A stretch of 10,082 nt of DNA from a virus (lineage: Duplodnaviria > Heunggongvirae > Uroviricota > Caudoviricetes), in the IMG/VR virus record IMGVR_UViG_2541047688_000002; one strand, 5' to 3'. Positions within the stretch are counted from its first letter, which is position 1, and the number at the start of each line of letters is the position of its first letter. Of this stretch, positions 7,197 to 10,082 are shown piece by piece. The translations under genes and the position numbers were made by a program. The notes under the pieces were generated by a model. It was not told the DNA's origin, did no database searches, and worked only from the letters and a program-made list of their open reading frames with translations.

Positions 7197-7232
7197 TGAA
7201 GTGGTTTACTGAATTTGGCCACCTGAACAGAG
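7197..7232 (+). repeat. IS911 left terminal inverted repeat (IRL)
   Basis: Begins TGAAGTGG; pairs with the right end at 8411-8446. Confidence 0.8.
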
Positions 7233-7268
7233 GTGATATGCTCACCTCAGAACAACACAGGTGCCATA

Positions 7269-8446
<1,178 letters not shown>

Positions 8447-8663
8447 CAACGCCGTTAAGCACATAGCTAACGCAAAACAACAGGATGTAATACATCCAGT
8501 AATGAGGAAGGATTTCTGGACTATGCAGGTTTATCCATTCTTTTACGCTTACCGGCATAACAATAATCAATATGATCAGGATGATTAGCATATGAATCAA
8601 CTGTTTAAGTGTCATTCCTTGCAGGAAAAAATGCATTAGTTCCTGCCACCATGAGTTGTTCAT
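8447..8663 (-). pseudogene. 5' portion (about 72 codons) of a small membrane-protein gene, apparently truncated by the IS911 right end
   Basis: MNNSWWQELMHFFLQGMTLKQLIHMLIILIILIIVMPVSVKEWINLHSPEILPHYWMYYILLFCVSYVLNGVVKW has two hydrophobic segments. The track ORF (8292-8663) continues into IS911 only by chance. Weak RBS. Confidence 0.3.
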
Positions 8664-8806
8664 CGGCGTTTCTCTTTTGCTCTCTGTAGGGGTGAATAGA
8701 GTTTATCCGATTTCTCGTTGTAGGGGTACACGAGAACCACCGAGCCTGATGTGGTTAAAAGACAGGCACAATCTTTACTACCGCAATCCACTATTTAAGG
8801 TGATAT

Positions 8807-8893
8807 ATGGAAGAAGAATTTGAAGAGTTCGAAGAGCATCCTCAAGATGTGATGGAACAATACCAGGACTATCCGTATGACTACGACTATTGA
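8807..8893 (+). CDS. Hypothetical 28-aa highly acidic, aromatic-rich peptide
   Basis: Strong SD AAGGTG 5 nt upstream of ATG 8807. Translation MEEEFEEFEEHPQDVMEQYQDYPYDYDY. Overlaps the start of the next ORF by 17 nt. Below the ORF-track cutoff. Confidence 0.35.
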   Translation: MEEEFEEFEEHPQDVMEQYQDYPYDYDY

Positions 8894-9077
8894 TACAAAT
8901 CAATGGTGTGGACAATTCAAACGATGCAATGGATGCAAGCTGCAATCGGAATGCATGGTTAAGCCTGAAGAAATGTTTCCTGTAATGGAAGATGGGAAAT
9001 ATGTCGATAAATGGGCAATACGAACGACGGCAATGATTGCCAGAGAACTTGGTAAACAGAACAACAAAGCTGCCTGA
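8877..9077 (+). CDS. Hypothetical 66-aa Cys-rich protein (possible zinc-ribbon)
   Basis: MTTTIDTNQWCGQFKRCNGCKLQSECMVKPEEMFPVMEDGKYVDKWAIRTTAMIARELGKQNNKAA contains C-x5-C-x2-C-x5-C. The start lies inside the upstream acidic-peptide ORF, suggesting coupling. Confidence 0.45.
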   Translation: MTTTIDTNQWCGQFKRCNGCKLQSECMVKPEEMFPVMEDGKYVDKWAIRTTAMIARELGKQNNKAA

Positions 9078-9213
9078 TAGTGGCCTTTATTTTTGGCATA
9101 AATAACAGAATAAACACTGCACTGTGTATTCATTCCAACGAGTGAATACACGGAGCAATGTCGCTCGTAACTAAACAGGAGCCGACTTGTTCTGATTATT
9201 GGAAATCTTCTTT

Positions 9214-9239
9214 GCCCTCCAGTGTGAGGGCGATTTTTT
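9214..9239 (+). terminator. Intrinsic terminator / attenuator hairpin
   Basis: GCCCTC-cagtgt-GAGGGC (9214-9231) followed by GA then TTTTTT (9234-9239). Confidence 0.5.
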
Positions 9240-9259
9240 ATCTATGAGGATATGAATAG

Positions 9260-9628
9260 ATGTCAAACATCAAAAAATACATCATTGATTACGACTGGAA
9301 AGCATCAATAGAAATTGAAATTGACCATGACGTAATGACAGAGGAAAAACTTCACCAGATTAATAATTTCTGGTCAGACTCTGAATACCGACTCAATAAA
9401 CACGGCTCTGTATTAAATGCTGTATTAATCATGCTGGCGCAACATGCTCTGCTTATAGCAATTTCAAGCGACTTAAATGCATATGGTGTTGTGTGTGAGT
9501 TCGACTGGAATGATGGAAATGGTCAGGAAGGATGGCCTCCAATGGATGGTAGTGAAGGAATAAGAATTACCGATATCGATACATCAGGAATATTTGATTC
9601 AGATGATATGACTATCAAGGCCGCCTGA
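9260..9628 (+). CDS. Hypothetical 122-aa strongly acidic protein
   Basis: GAGGA 9 nt upstream of ATG 9260. About 22 Asp/Glu against about 8 Lys/Arg, with a C-terminal region rich in D/G/S (DWNDGNGQEGWPPMDGSEGIRITDIDTSGIFDSDDM). No family recognised from memory. Confidence 0.45.
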   Translation: MSNIKKYIIDYDWKASIEIEIDHDVMTEEKLHQINNFWSDSEYRLNKHGSVLNAVLIMLAQHALLIAISSDLNAYGVVCEFDWNDGNGQEGWPPMDGSEGIRITDIDTSGIFDSDDMTIKAA

Positions 9629-9662
9629 GCGCGGCGTTACCGCATACCAATTACGCTTCACT

Positions 9663-10082
<420 letters not shown>

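Noticed and set aside
8900-9151. Track ORF 8900-9151 (-)
   Set aside because: Antisense to the 66-aa Cys-rich ORF and spanning the palindrome and non-coding spacer; no RBS.

Overview
This window is the late/packaging end of a lambdoid prophage (phage 21 / DLP12-like) in an E. coli/Shigella-type genome, with the late genes on the minus strand. Reading from high to low coordinates: Q antiterminator, a predicted pR'/tR' region, a porin moron (NmpC/Lc-type, + strand, antisense to late transcription), a phage-21-type lysis cassette (pinholin S, SAR endolysin R, Rz with embedded Rz1), bor (+), a moron region, an intact cos site, then terminase small (Nu1) and large (gpA, runs off the window start) subunits. 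The moron region holds the most interesting candidate: a lipoprotein whose mature part is a TonB C-terminal domain, plus three small coupled ORFs. Upstream of Q, ylcG and the last 16 codons of rusA abut a complete 1250-bp IS911 with no flanking direct repeat. Beyond it lies a 1.2-kb segment of small uncharacterised ORFs and a second, inverted, partial IS911 at the window end. No rRNA, tRNA or CRISPR array was seen. All homology statements rest on protein sequences recalled from memory and on reading the sequence by eye; no database search or computation was run.
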